A stretch of DNA of 64,000 nucleotides from Oscillospiraceae bacterium. Lineage in GTDB: Bacteria; Bacillota; Clostridia; Oscillospirales; CAG-272. Location of the stretch: contig SVSK01000001.1 in assembly GCA_015064345.1 (NCBI GenBank), forward strand, positions 6,937 to 70,936. Reading direction: 5' to 3'. The position numbers were made by a program, and so were the translations under genes. Shown here one piece after another: positions 36,674-46,801 of the stretch (the stretch's first letter is position 1; each line of letters starts with the position of its first letter). Under the pieces are notes generated by a model, which worked only from the letters and a program-made list of their open reading frames with translations, was not told the DNA's origin and did not search any database.

Positions 36674-37090
36674 TTATTCTTTTCCTGCGTTGTAGTGGCA
36701 TGGCGACTCATAGAACTTTTTAAGATCTATCTGCCAGCCGGCCTCTGTTTTTCTGAATCCCATTTTCTTTATTTTATCCACGGGATAAACGTCCTCGCTG
36801 ATAGTAAGATAGGGAATCTCTGCCCGATATACCGAGTACATAACGGTACGAACGAGAATGGTCATCGCCTCATCCTCTTCGCATCCCAGAGCAGGAGTGA
36901 GAGACTTTATAACCGAGCAGGTAGGATCAAAGGTGAACTGACACAGCCCTATAAGCGATGTTACCGTAGTGCCGTCATCAGTCATCTCACCTGCAAAAAA
37001 TGCGTATGTATCTTTGAAAAAATCGCAACCCAAAGCAGTTGCTATCTGCTCTTGAAGTTCACGGGAGCGAACAGGTTGTACCCCGAACAT
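36674..37090 (-). CDS. Hypothetical protein (138 aa; possibly a degenerate GNAT-like fold)
   Basis: The ORF has protein-like composition, whereas the overlapping plus-strand ORF 36587..37138 is Cys/His-rich junk. It lies 10 nt downstream of rluB. The C-terminal KKMGFRK segment is reminiscent of GNAT. No family confidently recognised. Confidence 0.55.
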   Translation of the reverse strand: MFGVQPVRSRELQEQIATALGCDFFKDTYAFFAGEMTDDGTTVTSLIGLCQFTFDPTCSVIKSLTPALGCEEDEAMTILVRTVMYSVYRAEIPYLTISEDVYPVDKIKKMGFRKTEAGWQIDLKKFYESPCHYNAGKE

Positions 37091-37100
37091 AATTTACCTC

Positions 37101-37844
37101 TCAAATGCTTTTCAGATATTCTATTTCTTCTTCTGTAAGATGTCTCCATTTGCCGGATGCAAGTCCGTCAAGCGTAATTTCACCTACAGAAATGCGTGTA
37201 AGCCGCGTGAGCTTGTATCCGTGATGAGTGCATATGTTGCGTATCTCGCGATTTCTGCCCTCGTGAAGAGTGAACTGCACAACTGTGGAGTCACCTGCGG
37301 ATGTTTTGGTGTACTCAATCAGTTCCACCTCAAATGGGCGGAGCATATATCCCTCAAGCTCAAAGGGCACTGCAAGATCGCGGATATTTTCATCCGTAAG
37401 ATGAGAAGTCAGCGTCGCAAGATATTTTTTCGGTATGCTGTGGCTGGGATGGGTGATCTTGTTAGTCAGATCTCCGTCATTTGTGCATATGAGCAGTCCG
37501 TCAGAATACATGTCAAGCCGTCCAACGGGGTAAACACGCTTACCCACATCGGAGAGAAGGTCTCGTACAGTCTTGCGTCCCTGCTCGTCTGACATTGTGG
37601 TTACATATCCGATAGGCTTGTTGAGCACAATATATGTACTGCGGCGAGGGTCGTCACCGCTGTTTTTATACTCAACAGTTTTGCCATTGTACATGACCAC
37701 GTCGCACTCGGGGTCCACCTTGTCACCAACGGTTGCAGTTATACCGTTTACGGTAAAGTTACCCTTGGCGATTTCAGCTTCTGCCGCGCGACGTGACATC
37801 AGGCCACATTCACTGATAAATTTTTGAAGTCGTATTTTTTCCAT
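37101..37844 (-). CDS. rluB: Pseudouridine synthase, RsuA/RluB family (N-terminal S4 domain)
   Basis: 247-aa ORF. S4 motif RLQKFISECGLMSRR.AE. Catalytic GRLD motif (YPVGRLDMYSDGLL). Confidence 0.9.
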   Translation of the reverse strand: MEKIRLQKFISECGLMSRRAAEAEIAKGNFTVNGITATVGDKVDPECDVVMYNGKTVEYKNSGDDPRRSTYIVLNKPIGYVTTMSDEQGRKTVRDLLSDVGKRVYPVGRLDMYSDGLLICTNDGDLTNKITHPSHSIPKKYLATLTSHLTDENIRDLAVPFELEGYMLRPFEVELIEYTKTSAGDSTVVQFTLHEGRNREIRNICTHHGYKLTRLTRISVGEITLDGLASGKWRHLTEEEIEYLKSI

Positions 37845-37847
37845 AAT

Positions 37848-38954
37848 TCATCTGAAGACATCGGTTAATTTTTCGAAAATGGAGCGCGTGTCTTCAGTAA
37901 CACTCACATTACTTGCGGCATAAAGGGGAAGGGTAGCAATTTCTTTGCCATCTGCGTGGAATATTACCGTTCCAAGCTCGTCTCCGACCTCAACAGGCGG
38001 GAAGATAAGCCTGTCAGCGACGATCTCGTGCTTTATTTTTGTGCCGTTTTTTAGACACACGGTCAACTCATCCCGATTTTGCAGGATAACATATCCATCC
38101 TCAGCGCCCACACAAGGTACTTCCACGGTAAATTCACCCGCTTCTGCCAATGTGACGGACGAATACGCACCAAAGCCTTCCTCATGCATTGCGAGATGAT
38201 CGTTCCAGTCGTCAGGCGCATTCAGCGTTACTGCAATAACAGAAACTCCGTCACGCTCTGCCGCAGAGACAAGGCAACGGCCGCTGTGCTTGGTGAATCC
38301 TGTCTTTACTCCGATAACATCGTCGGACAAACGCAGCAGCTTGTTGTGATTCACAAGATATCGCACTCCACCGTCAGCATTTGGGATCTCGTGCTTGTAG
38401 GTTGAGACGATTCTCCGAAAGTCATCGTTCTTCATAGCATAAGCTGTGAGGCGTGCAAGGTCGGTAGCGGTGGTGTAGTGCTCTTTATCATCAAGTCCGT
38501 GGGGATTTGTGAAATGGGTGTCTGTGAGTCCCAGCTTTTCTGCAGTTTCGTTCATCAGATCTGCAAAGATGTCGATATCTCCTGCAATCTCACAAGCAAC
38601 AGCTGCGGCCGCATCGTTGGCACTCTCCAGCATGACAGCGTAGAGCAGATCCTCAAGTGTGAGAACCTCTCCGGGCTTGAGATATATGCTTGAGCCCTCG
38701 ATCCCGCAGGCTTCATTTGCAACGGTTACCTTTTTGTCGAGCTTACCGTGTTCAAGCGCCACGAGAGCTGTCATTATCTTTGTAGTGCTTGCCATTGACA
38801 TTCTCTCGCCGGCATTTTTTTCGTATATGATGTCCCCGCTGTCCGCCTCAATAAGTACCGCCGACTTTGCCGAAACGTCAACGGCAGTTGCAACAATAGG
38901 CATAAGACATATCAGCGCGAGGACAGAGGCGAAAATTATTATTGATCTTTTCAT
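37848..38954 (-). CDS. dacB: D-alanyl-D-alanine carboxypeptidase (S11, PBP5-type)
   Basis: 368-aa ORF. Signal peptide, SxxK (ASTTK), SxN (ESAN) and KTG (VKTGFT) motifs. Synteny with scpAB as in Bacillus. Confidence 0.9.
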   Translation of the reverse strand: MKRSIIIFASVLALICLMPIVATAVDVSAKSAVLIEADSGDIIYEKNAGERMSMASTTKIMTALVALEHGKLDKKVTVANEACGIEGSSIYLKPGEVLTLEDLLYAVMLESANDAAAAVACEIAGDIDIFADLMNETAEKLGLTDTHFTNPHGLDDKEHYTTATDLARLTAYAMKNDDFRRIVSTYKHEIPNADGGVRYLVNHNKLLRLSDDVIGVKTGFTKHSGRCLVSAAERDGVSVIAVTLNAPDDWNDHLAMHEEGFGAYSSVTLAEAGEFTVEVPCVGAEDGYVILQNRDELTVCLKNGTKIKHEIVADRLIFPPVEVGDELGTVIFHADGKEIATLPLYAASNVSVTEDTRSIFEKLTDVFR

Positions 38955-39036
38955 TCTTTGCTCCGTTTACAGTTATTTTGACTGTATTATCGGGCAAAAC
39001 GGTGAAATTGATTCAATAAAACTTTCGCCTATGAAG

Positions 39037-39468
39037 TTAAATATTGTTTTCTTCGTTTTTCTTTGTGAAAACAGCTTTGATTCGCTCAATAAGCTCGGGG
39101 GAGCGCTCGATGAATCCAACGACCTGGGAAACTGTGTCGGCAGGTGCGGAGCCGTTTGCAACAGGAGAGTTTACGTTAAGAATGTTTACGCCGCCGTTTG
39201 CATCAACAACAAGGAAAGCAACGGGAGTTACAGTCAGACCTGTACCGCCGCCACCGCCGAAGTTGCCCTGCTTTGCGCTTGCTTCCTTTTGGGCGTAGTC
39301 AACACCGCCCGACGCATATCCTACGGAGATCTTGGAAATAGGGATAATGCAGGTGCCGCTGGAAGTTTCAATGGGATCGCCAACGATAGTGTTGGCGTCG
39401 AGAAGATTGCGGATGGATTCAAGAGAGGATCTTGTCATCTCGCCGAGTTTGTTGGTGTTTTCAGCCAT
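39037..39468 (-). CDS. ytfJ: Sporulation protein YtfJ (GerW family)
   Basis: 143-aa ORF with the GerW pattern (IVG.P......IIP.SK.S.G...GG and a G-rich GGGGGTG segment). GGAGG RBS. Confidence 0.88.
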   Translation of the reverse strand: MAENTNKLGEMTRSSLESIRNLLDANTIVGDPIETSSGTCIIPISKISVGYASGGVDYAQKEASAKQGNFGGGGGTGLTVTPVAFLVVDANGGVNILNVNSPVANGSAPADTVSQVVGFIERSPELIERIKAVFTKKNEENNI

Positions 39469-39482
39469 AATAACCTCCGAAT

Positions 39483-40235
39483 TTATTTATGGGATTTTTT
39501 GTTAAATTTATGCGCCGTATTGACGCTGTTTTTCGATTCTTTGATCTTTTGTGAGATAAACCACTTAAGTGTGTGCCATCCCACGCGGACGATGGAGAAA
39601 AGACGGAGTCTGAACGACAGCTTAAGCTTGTAGGTCGTCTTTGTTGCCACGAAATCAGCCGCAACGCCTACTGCACCGGGCTTTATTTGCTTCATTTGGG
39701 TTTTATTATTCAGAAGCTCCACGAGGTTTGCGGTCAATGTGGATATTGTGCCATAAGAGCGAGCGATCTTGTCCGCATCCTTGCCGCCTACTGTGATGTA
39801 AAGGCGTCGGATATCCGTTTTAATGTATGATGCAAACACGGGAAGCTCCTGAAGGACGAATTTGATAAGCTCCATTATTGAAGCAAGCTTGTTTCCCTCC
39901 ACAGCTTCTTCTGTGGCTTTTGCCGCGGATTCTGCTTCTTCCTTTAAGAGCTTTGCTTTGCGCTTTTTCTCGGCTTTTTCTGCTTGCTTTGCAGACTTTT
40001 TAAGAGCTTTTTTACGCTCTTTTTCCAGTCTTTTCTGATGTTTTTTGTATGTGAAGTCGGATAGCTTGATCTTTTTCTTCTTTTTCGGGGACAGCGTGAT
40101 AATTACAGGTCCGTAACCCACCCGAAGCTTCAGTTTGTCTTCAAGCTCAATAAATACTTTAAGATGCAGAGAGAACAGAAGAGCAAAAAACAGTACTATC
40201 CCAAGTAAAATGTATAATACTATCAAGACTTGCAC
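39483..40235 (-). CDS. DUF2953 family protein (YtfI-like)
   Basis: N-terminal TM segment, Lys-rich linker, and position next to ytfJ. The GTG at 40235 sits within GGAGGTG, so a TTG start at 40226 is more plausible. Confidence 0.75.
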   Translation of the reverse strand: MQVLIVLYILLGIVLFFALLFSLHLKVFIELEDKLKLRVGYGPVIITLSPKKKKKIKLSDFTYKKHQKRLEKERKKALKKSAKQAEKAEKKRKAKLLKEEAESAAKATEEAVEGNKLASIMELIKFVLQELPVFASYIKTDIRRLYITVGGKDADKIARSYGTISTLTANLVELLNNKTQMKQIKPGAVGVAADFVATKTTYKLKLSFRLRLFSIVRVGWHTLKWFISQKIKESKNSVNTAHKFNKKSHK

Positions 40236-40266
40236 CTCCGTTCTTTATGTCAGTCTGTCCGAGGGA

Positions 40267-40905
40267 TCATTCTATTTCCATCTCCACCTGCTCTGTGACA
40301 GGGTCAACTGTGGGGACTATCTCAACAGCCTCTCCGCCTTCGTTTTTGAGCTTGATTGTGGGAAGCTCGGAAAGCTCGGAAATGCCGAATACTCTGAGGA
40401 ACTTTGTTGTGGTCCTGTAAAGGGAAGGACGTCCGGGAGCATCAAGTCTGCCGCACTGCTCGATGAGATCCTTTTCGCAAAGAGCACCGACTGCGTAGCT
40501 TGAGTCAACACCGCGAACTGCGTCAACGAATGCGCGGGTGGTGGGCTGATTGTACGCGATCACAGCAAGTACTTCAAGGAGAGACTGAGACAGATTGCCG
40601 CCCTTCTTCATGCCGAGAGCGATCTTGATCTGGTCTCCGAAAGCTTCTTTAGTGCAAAGCTGGCATGACTCGGGAAAGCGTACAAGCATAACACCGCGGG
40701 GAAGTGCGCTGTCGTTGTTGTATACAGCCGCCATCTTTTCCACTGTATCCTCACATTCTGCGGCAGTGATACCGAGAACGTCTCCAAGCTTATCATAGGT
40801 GAGGGGATATCCTGCGGCGAAGAGACATGCTTCAATGATAGCGAATCTTTCTTCAATTGAATAGTTAGGGGTCTCTTCCATAGTGAACTGATTATTATTG
40901 TCCAT
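40267..40905 (-). CDS. scpB: Segregation and condensation protein B
   Basis: 212-aa ORF with ScpB winged-helix repeats (EA.LFA.G.PL, IAY.QP.TR..V...RGV.S). Confidence 0.93.
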   Translation of the reverse strand: MDNNNQFTMEETPNYSIEERFAIIEACLFAAGYPLTYDKLGDVLGITAAECEDTVEKMAAVYNNDSALPRGVMLVRFPESCQLCTKEAFGDQIKIALGMKKGGNLSQSLLEVLAVIAYNQPTTRAFVDAVRGVDSSYAVGALCEKDLIEQCGRLDAPGRPSLYRTTTKFLRVFGISELSELPTIKLKNEGGEAVEIVPTVDPVTEQVEMEIE

Positions 40906-40926
40906 TTTTTCGTATTCCTAATCTGA

Positions 40927-41706
40927 TTATTGATATGATTCAAGCTCTGCGGCTTCCACTTCGCCATCTGCGGCAATAAGAGTGATCTTTGCGTGAGATA
41001 TCATGTTTGTGACACCGGTCTCCTCGTCTGCCGCGCCGTCGTCAATGGAGATAATGTGAGACTTGAGCAGCTCAAGGATGCCGATGAACTTTGCAATGAT
41101 CTCTGACTTATTCTCGGAGTTGCGAAGGAATCCGTCTAGGTAAACGTCACTCTTCTTGAGGTCCGCCATAAGGTTTGAGATGACCGTGTGTACGGGAATT
41201 CTCGGTGCGTTGACGATCTTGTCAAATTCCTTCTGTGCGGTCTTTTCGTTCAAACGCGTTTCGGTGAAAACGTGAATGAGTGCCGCGCGGAGAAGCTCGA
41301 TAGAGTGATCTGCTACATAAGTGCGATCAGGGGAGATGTCATCCGTTTCCTTAACCATTCGTGTGCCGTATTCCATATAGAGATCAGACAGCTCTGTTGC
41401 CGCAAGCTTTGCCTTCTGATACTCCATAATGGCATCAATAAGGATCTTTCTCGGGTCTTCGTCCTTTTCAGGGTCGCGCGGGAGAAGCATACGGCTCTTG
41501 ATAAGCATCAGCTCGCTTGCCATATACAGAAATTCACATGCGAGGTCAATATTGTAAAGCGACGCCTCGCGGATGTATTCCATGTACTGCTCGCATATGA
41601 GATCTATCGGAATATCGTCTATCTTAAGCTTGTTCTTTTCAACCAGTGAGAGAAGAAGATCGAGAGGACCTTCAAACAGCTCAAATTTGTAGTTAATAAT
41701 GTCCAT
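40927..41706 (-). CDS. scpA: Segregation and condensation protein A (kleisin)
   Basis: 259-aa ORF. N-terminus FEGPLDLLL.L..K.K..I.DI.I. Adjacent to scpB. Confidence 0.93.
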   Translation of the reverse strand: MDIINYKFELFEGPLDLLLSLVEKNKLKIDDIPIDLICEQYMEYIREASLYNIDLACEFLYMASELMLIKSRMLLPRDPEKDEDPRKILIDAIMEYQKAKLAATELSDLYMEYGTRMVKETDDISPDRTYVADHSIELLRAALIHVFTETRLNEKTAQKEFDKIVNAPRIPVHTVISNLMADLKKSDVYLDGFLRNSENKSEIIAKFIGILELLKSHIISIDDGAADEETGVTNMISHAKITLIAADGEVEAAELESYQ

Positions 41707-41709
41707 AAA

Positions 41710-42414
41710 TCATCCTATAAACGGAATTAGATTAATAAGCTTCAGCATACCGCCCGAAACAAAGTCAACGGCGAAACTGAGAGGTGTAGAGAGGATACCT
41801 GTCCAAAGAAGGACGAACAAACCGATCATGATATATCTTTCATTGTTTATCAGCCAGAAATACGCCTTCGGGGGCAGGAATATGTGTGCGATTCTGGAGC
41901 CGTCGAGAGGGTTGATCGGGATTAGATTAAACAACGCCAGCGAGACGTTGAGAATGTGGAGCGTGCCTACTATGGTAAGCAATGCGATCTTCAAATTAAG
42001 CGAGGTGGGAGCACCCTGGATCATTCCGTAAAGATAAACTACGTCAGTGGTCTGTCCTACAAGATGAACGTGAAGTGGGATGTAGATGAGAGCACTTACC
42101 AGAGCAAGAATAAGATTCGCTATAGGGCCTGCCGCAGCTGATACAGCCATTCCAACGCGGGGATTTTTGAAGTGCCTCATATTGATCGGTACAGGTTTAG
42201 CCCATCCGAAGCGGAAGAATACCATGCACAAAGCACCGATCGGATCAATGTGCTTCAGCGGGTTCAGGGTAAGTCTGCCCATGTTGCGTGCTGTTGGGTC
42301 GCCAAGCTTGTAAGCTACCCAACCGTGTGCAAACTCGTGAAAGGTCAGCGAAATAAGCACGCATGGGATGGTGAATAAAACAGAAATAAGCTGTTCTGTG
42401 GAAAAATTAAACAA
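41710..42414 (-). CDS. Site-2 protease family (peptidase M50) membrane metalloprotease
   Basis: HEFAHGW (HExxH) and NLIPINPLDGSR motifs. I prefer a TTG start at 42414 (GGAGG 7 nt upstream, just after the lysA stop). The track ORF extends to 42504 inside lysA. Confidence 0.8.
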   Translation of the reverse strand: MFNFSTEQLISVLFTIPCVLISLTFHEFAHGWVAYKLGDPTARNMGRLTLNPLKHIDPIGALCMVFFRFGWAKPVPINMRHFKNPRVGMAVSAAAGPIANLILALVSALIYIPLHVHLVGQTTDVVYLYGMIQGAPTSLNLKIALLTIVGTLHILNVSLALFNLIPINPLDGSRIAHIFLPPKAYFWLINNERYIMIGLFVLLWTGILSTPLSFAVDFVSGGMLKLINLIPFIG

Positions 42415-42427
42415 TTTTATTCCTCCG

Positions 42428-43726
42428 TTAAATATCAAGGGACATGACATCGGCAAATGTTTCGCGTCGTACTGCCACCTTTGCCTCACCGCCGCTGATC
42501 TCAATAATGGGAGGATTCGGCAGGCGGTTGTAATGTGATGCCATGGAATAGTTGTATGCGCCGGTTACCAGTGTTGCAATAATGTCACCGCGCTTCGGTT
42601 CAGCCATTGAGATACCCTCTGCAAGCAAATCTCCGCTCTCACAGCAACGACCGCTGACGGTGCAGGGGAAATCCGCCTCATCAGCCGCGCGGGAAGCATT
42701 CAGAATGGTGTACTTTGACTGGTAGAGAGTGTACCTTGGGTTGTCAGGCATACCGCCGTCTACGGAAACGTAATTTCTGAATCCGTTTATGGACTTGACC
42801 GTACCGCAGGTGTAAAGAGTTGCACCGGCAGCTGCTACGATGGAACGACCGGGCTCCATAAGCAGCATGGGCTTTTCAAGATTATATTCAGCGCACATCT
42901 TGTCAATTTCAAGACCAAGCGCGCGAATATTTGCTTCATAGTCAATTTCGGGATCGTCTTCAGTATAGCGAACGCCAAAGCCACCGCCGATGTTCAGAAT
43001 CTTTGCGGTGTAGCCGTAGAGTCCCTTTACCTTTGCGACAAACGCAAGCATAATGTCGCAAGCCTCTGTAAAGGGGTCAATATCGAATATCTGTGAGCCA
43101 ACATGACAATGGAAACCGTCAAGAATGAGGTTTTTGCAGTCAAGAGCGGCTTTCACAAATTCAAATGCCTGACCTGTGAGAATTGCCATGCCGAATTTGG
43201 AGTCTACATTGCCTGTCACGATTTTCTGATGAGTATGAGGGTCAATACCGGGGGTGATGCGGAGCAGTATAGTGGGGCGGAGACTCATCTCATGGGCAAT
43301 CGCATCAAGAGCATAAAGCTCATCGAGTCCGTCAACTACAATGTGACCTACACCAAGCTCAAGAGCGAAGCGAAGATCGGCATCAGTCTTGTTGTTGCCG
43401 TGGAAGAAAGTTTTGTCCATGGGGAAGCCTGCAGCATTTGCCGTATAAAGTTCACCGGAGGACACGCAGTCGGCACAGAGACCTTCCTCGGCAATGAGAG
43501 AATAGAGTCCCTTGTAGCAAAGCGCCTTGCCTGCATATACGGGGATGGAATTCTCACCGAAATATTTTGCAAAGCATCTTTTGTACAGACGGCACATCTC
43601 ACGAACGGCATCTGTGTCAAGGAAGTAAGCGGGTGTGCCGAATTCCTTTGCCAATTCCACGGAATCAAGTCCGCCGATGGTCAGATGTCCGAGTTTATTT
43701 ACATCATAAGAGGGGTGAAGGATCAT
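42428..43726 (-). CDS. lysA: Diaminopimelate decarboxylase
   Basis: 432-aa ORF, fold-type III PLP decarboxylase (YAGKA, GGG.G, CESGD motifs). Confidence 0.95.
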   Translation of the reverse strand: MILHPSYDVNKLGHLTIGGLDSVELAKEFGTPAYFLDTDAVREMCRLYKRCFAKYFGENSIPVYAGKALCYKGLYSLIAEEGLCADCVSSGELYTANAAGFPMDKTFFHGNNKTDADLRFALELGVGHIVVDGLDELYALDAIAHEMSLRPTILLRITPGIDPHTHQKIVTGNVDSKFGMAILTGQAFEFVKAALDCKNLILDGFHCHVGSQIFDIDPFTEACDIMLAFVAKVKGLYGYTAKILNIGGGFGVRYTEDDPEIDYEANIRALGLEIDKMCAEYNLEKPMLLMEPGRSIVAAAGATLYTCGTVKSINGFRNYVSVDGGMPDNPRYTLYQSKYTILNASRAADEADFPCTVSGRCCESGDLLAEGISMAEPKRGDIIATLVTGAYNYSMASHYNRLPNPPIIEISGGEAKVAVRRETFADVMSLDI

Positions 43727-43752
43727 TTCAGTATCTTCTTTCAGTTGTAGAG

Positions 43753-44352
43753 TTACAGTTTGCAGTAAGCGTAAAGCTGACGCCAGAGTTCGTCTCTGCC
43801 AAGATGAGATTTGGCGGAGTACATGATGACGGGGAGATCCGCTGTCAGCTCGTCACCGTCGATTATCTCCTTGAACTTTGCCTTTTCGGTAGCGTTAAGC
43901 TTGTCTGTCTTTGTTGCCACGATAATGTGAGGCAGACCTGACTCGCGGAGATAGTACAGCATGTCGTAGTCGTCCTCTGTTGGACCTGTTCTGCTGTCGA
44001 TAAGCTGGCAAATAAGCTTTACTGAGTCAATGTTCTTGTTGCTTGTAAAATATCCGTCAGTGAGAGCGGACCACTTTGCCTTGTCTTCCTTGGTACGCTT
44101 TGCATAGCCGTAGCCGGGAAGGTCAACAAGGTACATCTTTTTGTCGATGTCGTAGAAGTTGATAGTAATTGTCTTGCCGGGTTCACCGCTGACACGTGCA
44201 AGGCTCTTTCTGTTGAGAAGAGAGTTGATAAGAGAGCTTTTTCCCACGTTGGATCTGCCGGAGAAGGCTACCTGAGGAAGTCTGTCGCCGGGGAACTGCT
44301 TTGGCAGACCTGCGGATATTTTCAGTGATACATTATTAAGATTCGGTTTCAT
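43753..44352 (-). CDS. ysxC: Ribosome biogenesis GTP-binding protein YsxC/EngB
   Basis: 199-aa ORF. G1 GRSNVGKSS, G3 DLPGYG, G4 TKTDK. Classic lon-ysxC synteny. Confidence 0.93.
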   Translation of the reverse strand: MKPNLNNVSLKISAGLPKQFPGDRLPQVAFSGRSNVGKSSLINSLLNRKSLARVSGEPGKTITINFYDIDKKMYLVDLPGYGYAKRTKEDKAKWSALTDGYFTSNKNIDSVKLICQLIDSRTGPTEDDYDMLYYLRESGLPHIIVATKTDKLNATEKAKFKEIIDGDELTADLPVIMYSAKSHLGRDELWRQLYAYCKL

Positions 44353-44365
44353 AATTTACCTTACG

Positions 44366-46801
44366 TCAGATTGTTCCGTAGATTCTCTTTCCTTTGGAGG
44401 TGGGGAGAACGATCTTGTTTTCTTCTTTCTTTTCGTCAGTAGCAGTATCGGAGAGGTCGTATTCCATCTCTCTTTCCTGTGCAAGTGCAACGCGGAGCAC
44501 GTCGTCAAGAGTGGAGCAGGGTATGAACTTCACTTCCTTAGCCACTATGGGATCAAGCTCACGGGTGTCACGCATATTGTCTGCGGGGATGAGGATAGTG
44601 CGGATACCCATAGCATATGCCGCAGTTGACTTTTCACGGAGTCCGCCGATTGCGAGAACTCTGCCTGTCAGCGTGATCTCACCTGTCATGGCAACGTCAT
44701 GTCTTACGGGGATACCGGAGAGCGCGCTGATGAGAGATGTGGTCATCGTCACGCCTGCGCTGGGACCGTCCTTTGGAACAGCACCCTCGGGAACATGGAT
44801 ATGTATGTCTTTTGTCTTGTAGAAATCTGTGGGAATGCCGAACTTTGTGGCATGAGCGCGCGCATAAGTTACCGCAATGTGTGCGGATTCCTTCATAACG
44901 TCGCCGAGGGTACCTGTCAGCTCGATCTTTCCGCTTCCGTCAACGGCAAGAACCTCAACTTTAAGCATATCGCCGCCAACCTCGGTGTAAGCCAGACCGT
45001 TTGTAACGCCAACCAGGTCACCGTCGGAGAGCTTGTCGTCAATTATCTTTCTCGGGCCAAGGTAAGCTTCCATGTCAGCCTTGTCGATAGTGAGAGACTT
45101 TCTTTCTTCCTCAACAAGAACCTTGGCTCCCTTGCGGCAGAGAGAAGCGATCTCGCGTTCAAGATTACGCACACCGGACTCACGGGTGTAGCCTGCGATG
45201 ACCTCCTCTATAGCACCGTCGGTGATCTTCAGCATACGCTTATTCAGGCCGTGACGCTTCAGCTGCTTGGGAATAAGATGATTCTTTGCGATAGCAAGCT
45301 TTTCGGAGGGAGTGTATGTGTGAAGCTCGATAACCTCCATTCTGTCAAGCAGAGGGCGGGGAATTGTGTCGAGCGTGTTTGCAGTTGCGATGAACATGCA
45401 GTCGGAAAGGTCCACGGGAAGCTCAATGAAGTGATCCCGGAAAGCCTTGTTCTGCTCGCCGTCAAGTACTTCAAGAAGTGCGGACGCAGGGTCACCGTGA
45501 ACGTCGGAGCACATCTTGTCTACCTCATCGAGAAGCATGACGGGATTGAGCGAACCGCACTGTGTGAGTGCTGTGATAATACGACCGGGCATTGAACCGA
45601 TGTATGTTTTTCTGTGACCGCGGATGTCGCTCTCATCACGGATACCGCCGAGAGACACGCGAACGTATTTACGCTTCATTGCACGTGCGATGGACGCACC
45701 GAGAGAGGTCTTACCAACTCCGGGAGGGCCAACGAAGCAGATTATCTGATTCTTAAGCTCGGGATTAAGCTGCTTGACTGCAAGATATTCGAGTATTCTT
45801 TCTTTGATCTTCTTAAGTCCGTCGTGGTCTGCGTCAAGGATCTTGCGAGCCGCGTCAATGTCAACTCTGTCCTTGGTTTTCTTCATCCACGGGATCTCAA
45901 GGCATGTTTCAACATAATTACGGATAACTGCAGCTTCGGGAGAGCCTGAGGGGGTCTTTGAGAGCTTTGTGATCTCTTTTTCAATTCGCTCACGAACTTC
46001 TGTGGGAAGATCCACTTTTGCAGCCTTTTTGGTCAGCTCTGCAGAGTCCTCGTCTATACCAAGCTCGCTTTCGATTGCCTTAAGCTGCTCACGGAGATAG
46101 TAGTCTCGCTGATTGTCGTCGATAGCCTTCTTAACCTTGCGCTGGATCTCAAGCTCAGCCTGAAGAAGCTTCATCTCGCTTCTCATGAGGATGATAGCCT
46201 TTTCAGCGCGCTTCATGGGATCGAATATTTCAAGAACGTCAGCCTTGTCCTGGAATCTCACGAATACGCTGGACGCGATAAAGTCAGCGAGAAGTCCGGG
46301 ATTGGTTATGGAACTTGCAGTAGCAAAGAAATCGTCGGAGAAAGAGGGAAGATAACGAAGCATCTCGTCAAGAGTGTTCATTGTCTCGGTAATGATCGCC
46401 TCTGTTTTGAGGTCACTCATAGAGAAATCTGCTGTGATAGTCTTTGACATAACATCAGCATAGAGGCATCCTCTCTCCCGTCTGAGCTCAATTACGGAGC
46501 CGCGGCAGTAACCCTCTGCAACAACGCGAATGTTTCCGCCCTGGGGCTTTTTGAGCGACTGCTTGATCTTTGCGACGCATCCAACAGAATAGAGATCGCT
46601 CTCTTTAGGATCGTCAACGCTGATATCCTTCTGTGTGAGAAGGAATACCATCATATCCCCGTTAAGTGCCGACTGACAAGCATTCTTGGATATCTCTCTT
46701 TCGAGCTCGAAATTCAGAGGTATCGAGGGGAATGCCACAATGCCGCGCAAGGGGATAACTGGCAAGGTGAGTTTTTCTGCTTTTTCTATATATCTGGGCA
46801 T
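44366..46801 (-). CDS. lon: ATP-dependent Lon protease (LonA)
   Basis: 811-aa ORF. LON N-domain, Walker A GPPGVGKTS, and protease Ser-Lys region (PKDGPSAGVTM). Confidence 0.96.
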   Translation of the reverse strand: MPRYIEKAEKLTLPVIPLRGIVAFPSIPLNFELEREISKNACQSALNGDMMVFLLTQKDISVDDPKESDLYSVGCVAKIKQSLKKPQGGNIRVVAEGYCRGSVIELRRERGCLYADVMSKTITADFSMSDLKTEAIITETMNTLDEMLRYLPSFSDDFFATASSITNPGLLADFIASSVFVRFQDKADVLEIFDPMKRAEKAIILMRSEMKLLQAELEIQRKVKKAIDDNQRDYYLREQLKAIESELGIDEDSAELTKKAAKVDLPTEVRERIEKEITKLSKTPSGSPEAAVIRNYVETCLEIPWMKKTKDRVDIDAARKILDADHDGLKKIKERILEYLAVKQLNPELKNQIICFVGPPGVGKTSLGASIARAMKRKYVRVSLGGIRDESDIRGHRKTYIGSMPGRIITALTQCGSLNPVMLLDEVDKMCSDVHGDPASALLEVLDGEQNKAFRDHFIELPVDLSDCMFIATANTLDTIPRPLLDRMEVIELHTYTPSEKLAIAKNHLIPKQLKRHGLNKRMLKITDGAIEEVIAGYTRESGVRNLEREIASLCRKGAKVLVEEERKSLTIDKADMEAYLGPRKIIDDKLSDGDLVGVTNGLAYTEVGGDMLKVEVLAVDGSGKIELTGTLGDVMKESAHIAVTYARAHATKFGIPTDFYKTKDIHIHVPEGAVPKDGPSAGVTMTTSLISALSGIPVRHDVAMTGEITLTGRVLAIGGLREKSTAAYAMGIRTILIPADNMRDTRELDPIVAKEVKFIPCSTLDDVLRVALAQEREMEYDLSDTATDEKKEENKIVLPTSKGKRIYGTI

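Noticed and set aside
36184-37138. ORFs 36184..36534 (-) and 36587..37138 (+) in or around the orphan intergenic region
   Set aside because: The translations are junk-like (Pro/Ser/Arg- or Cys/His-rich). They overlap terminators and the better-supported minus-strand gene 36674..37090. No RBS is present.
38659-39633. 324-aa plus-strand ORF across the dacB/ytfJ/ytfI region
   Set aside because: It lies antisense to three genes with clear family signatures and has no domain or RBS.
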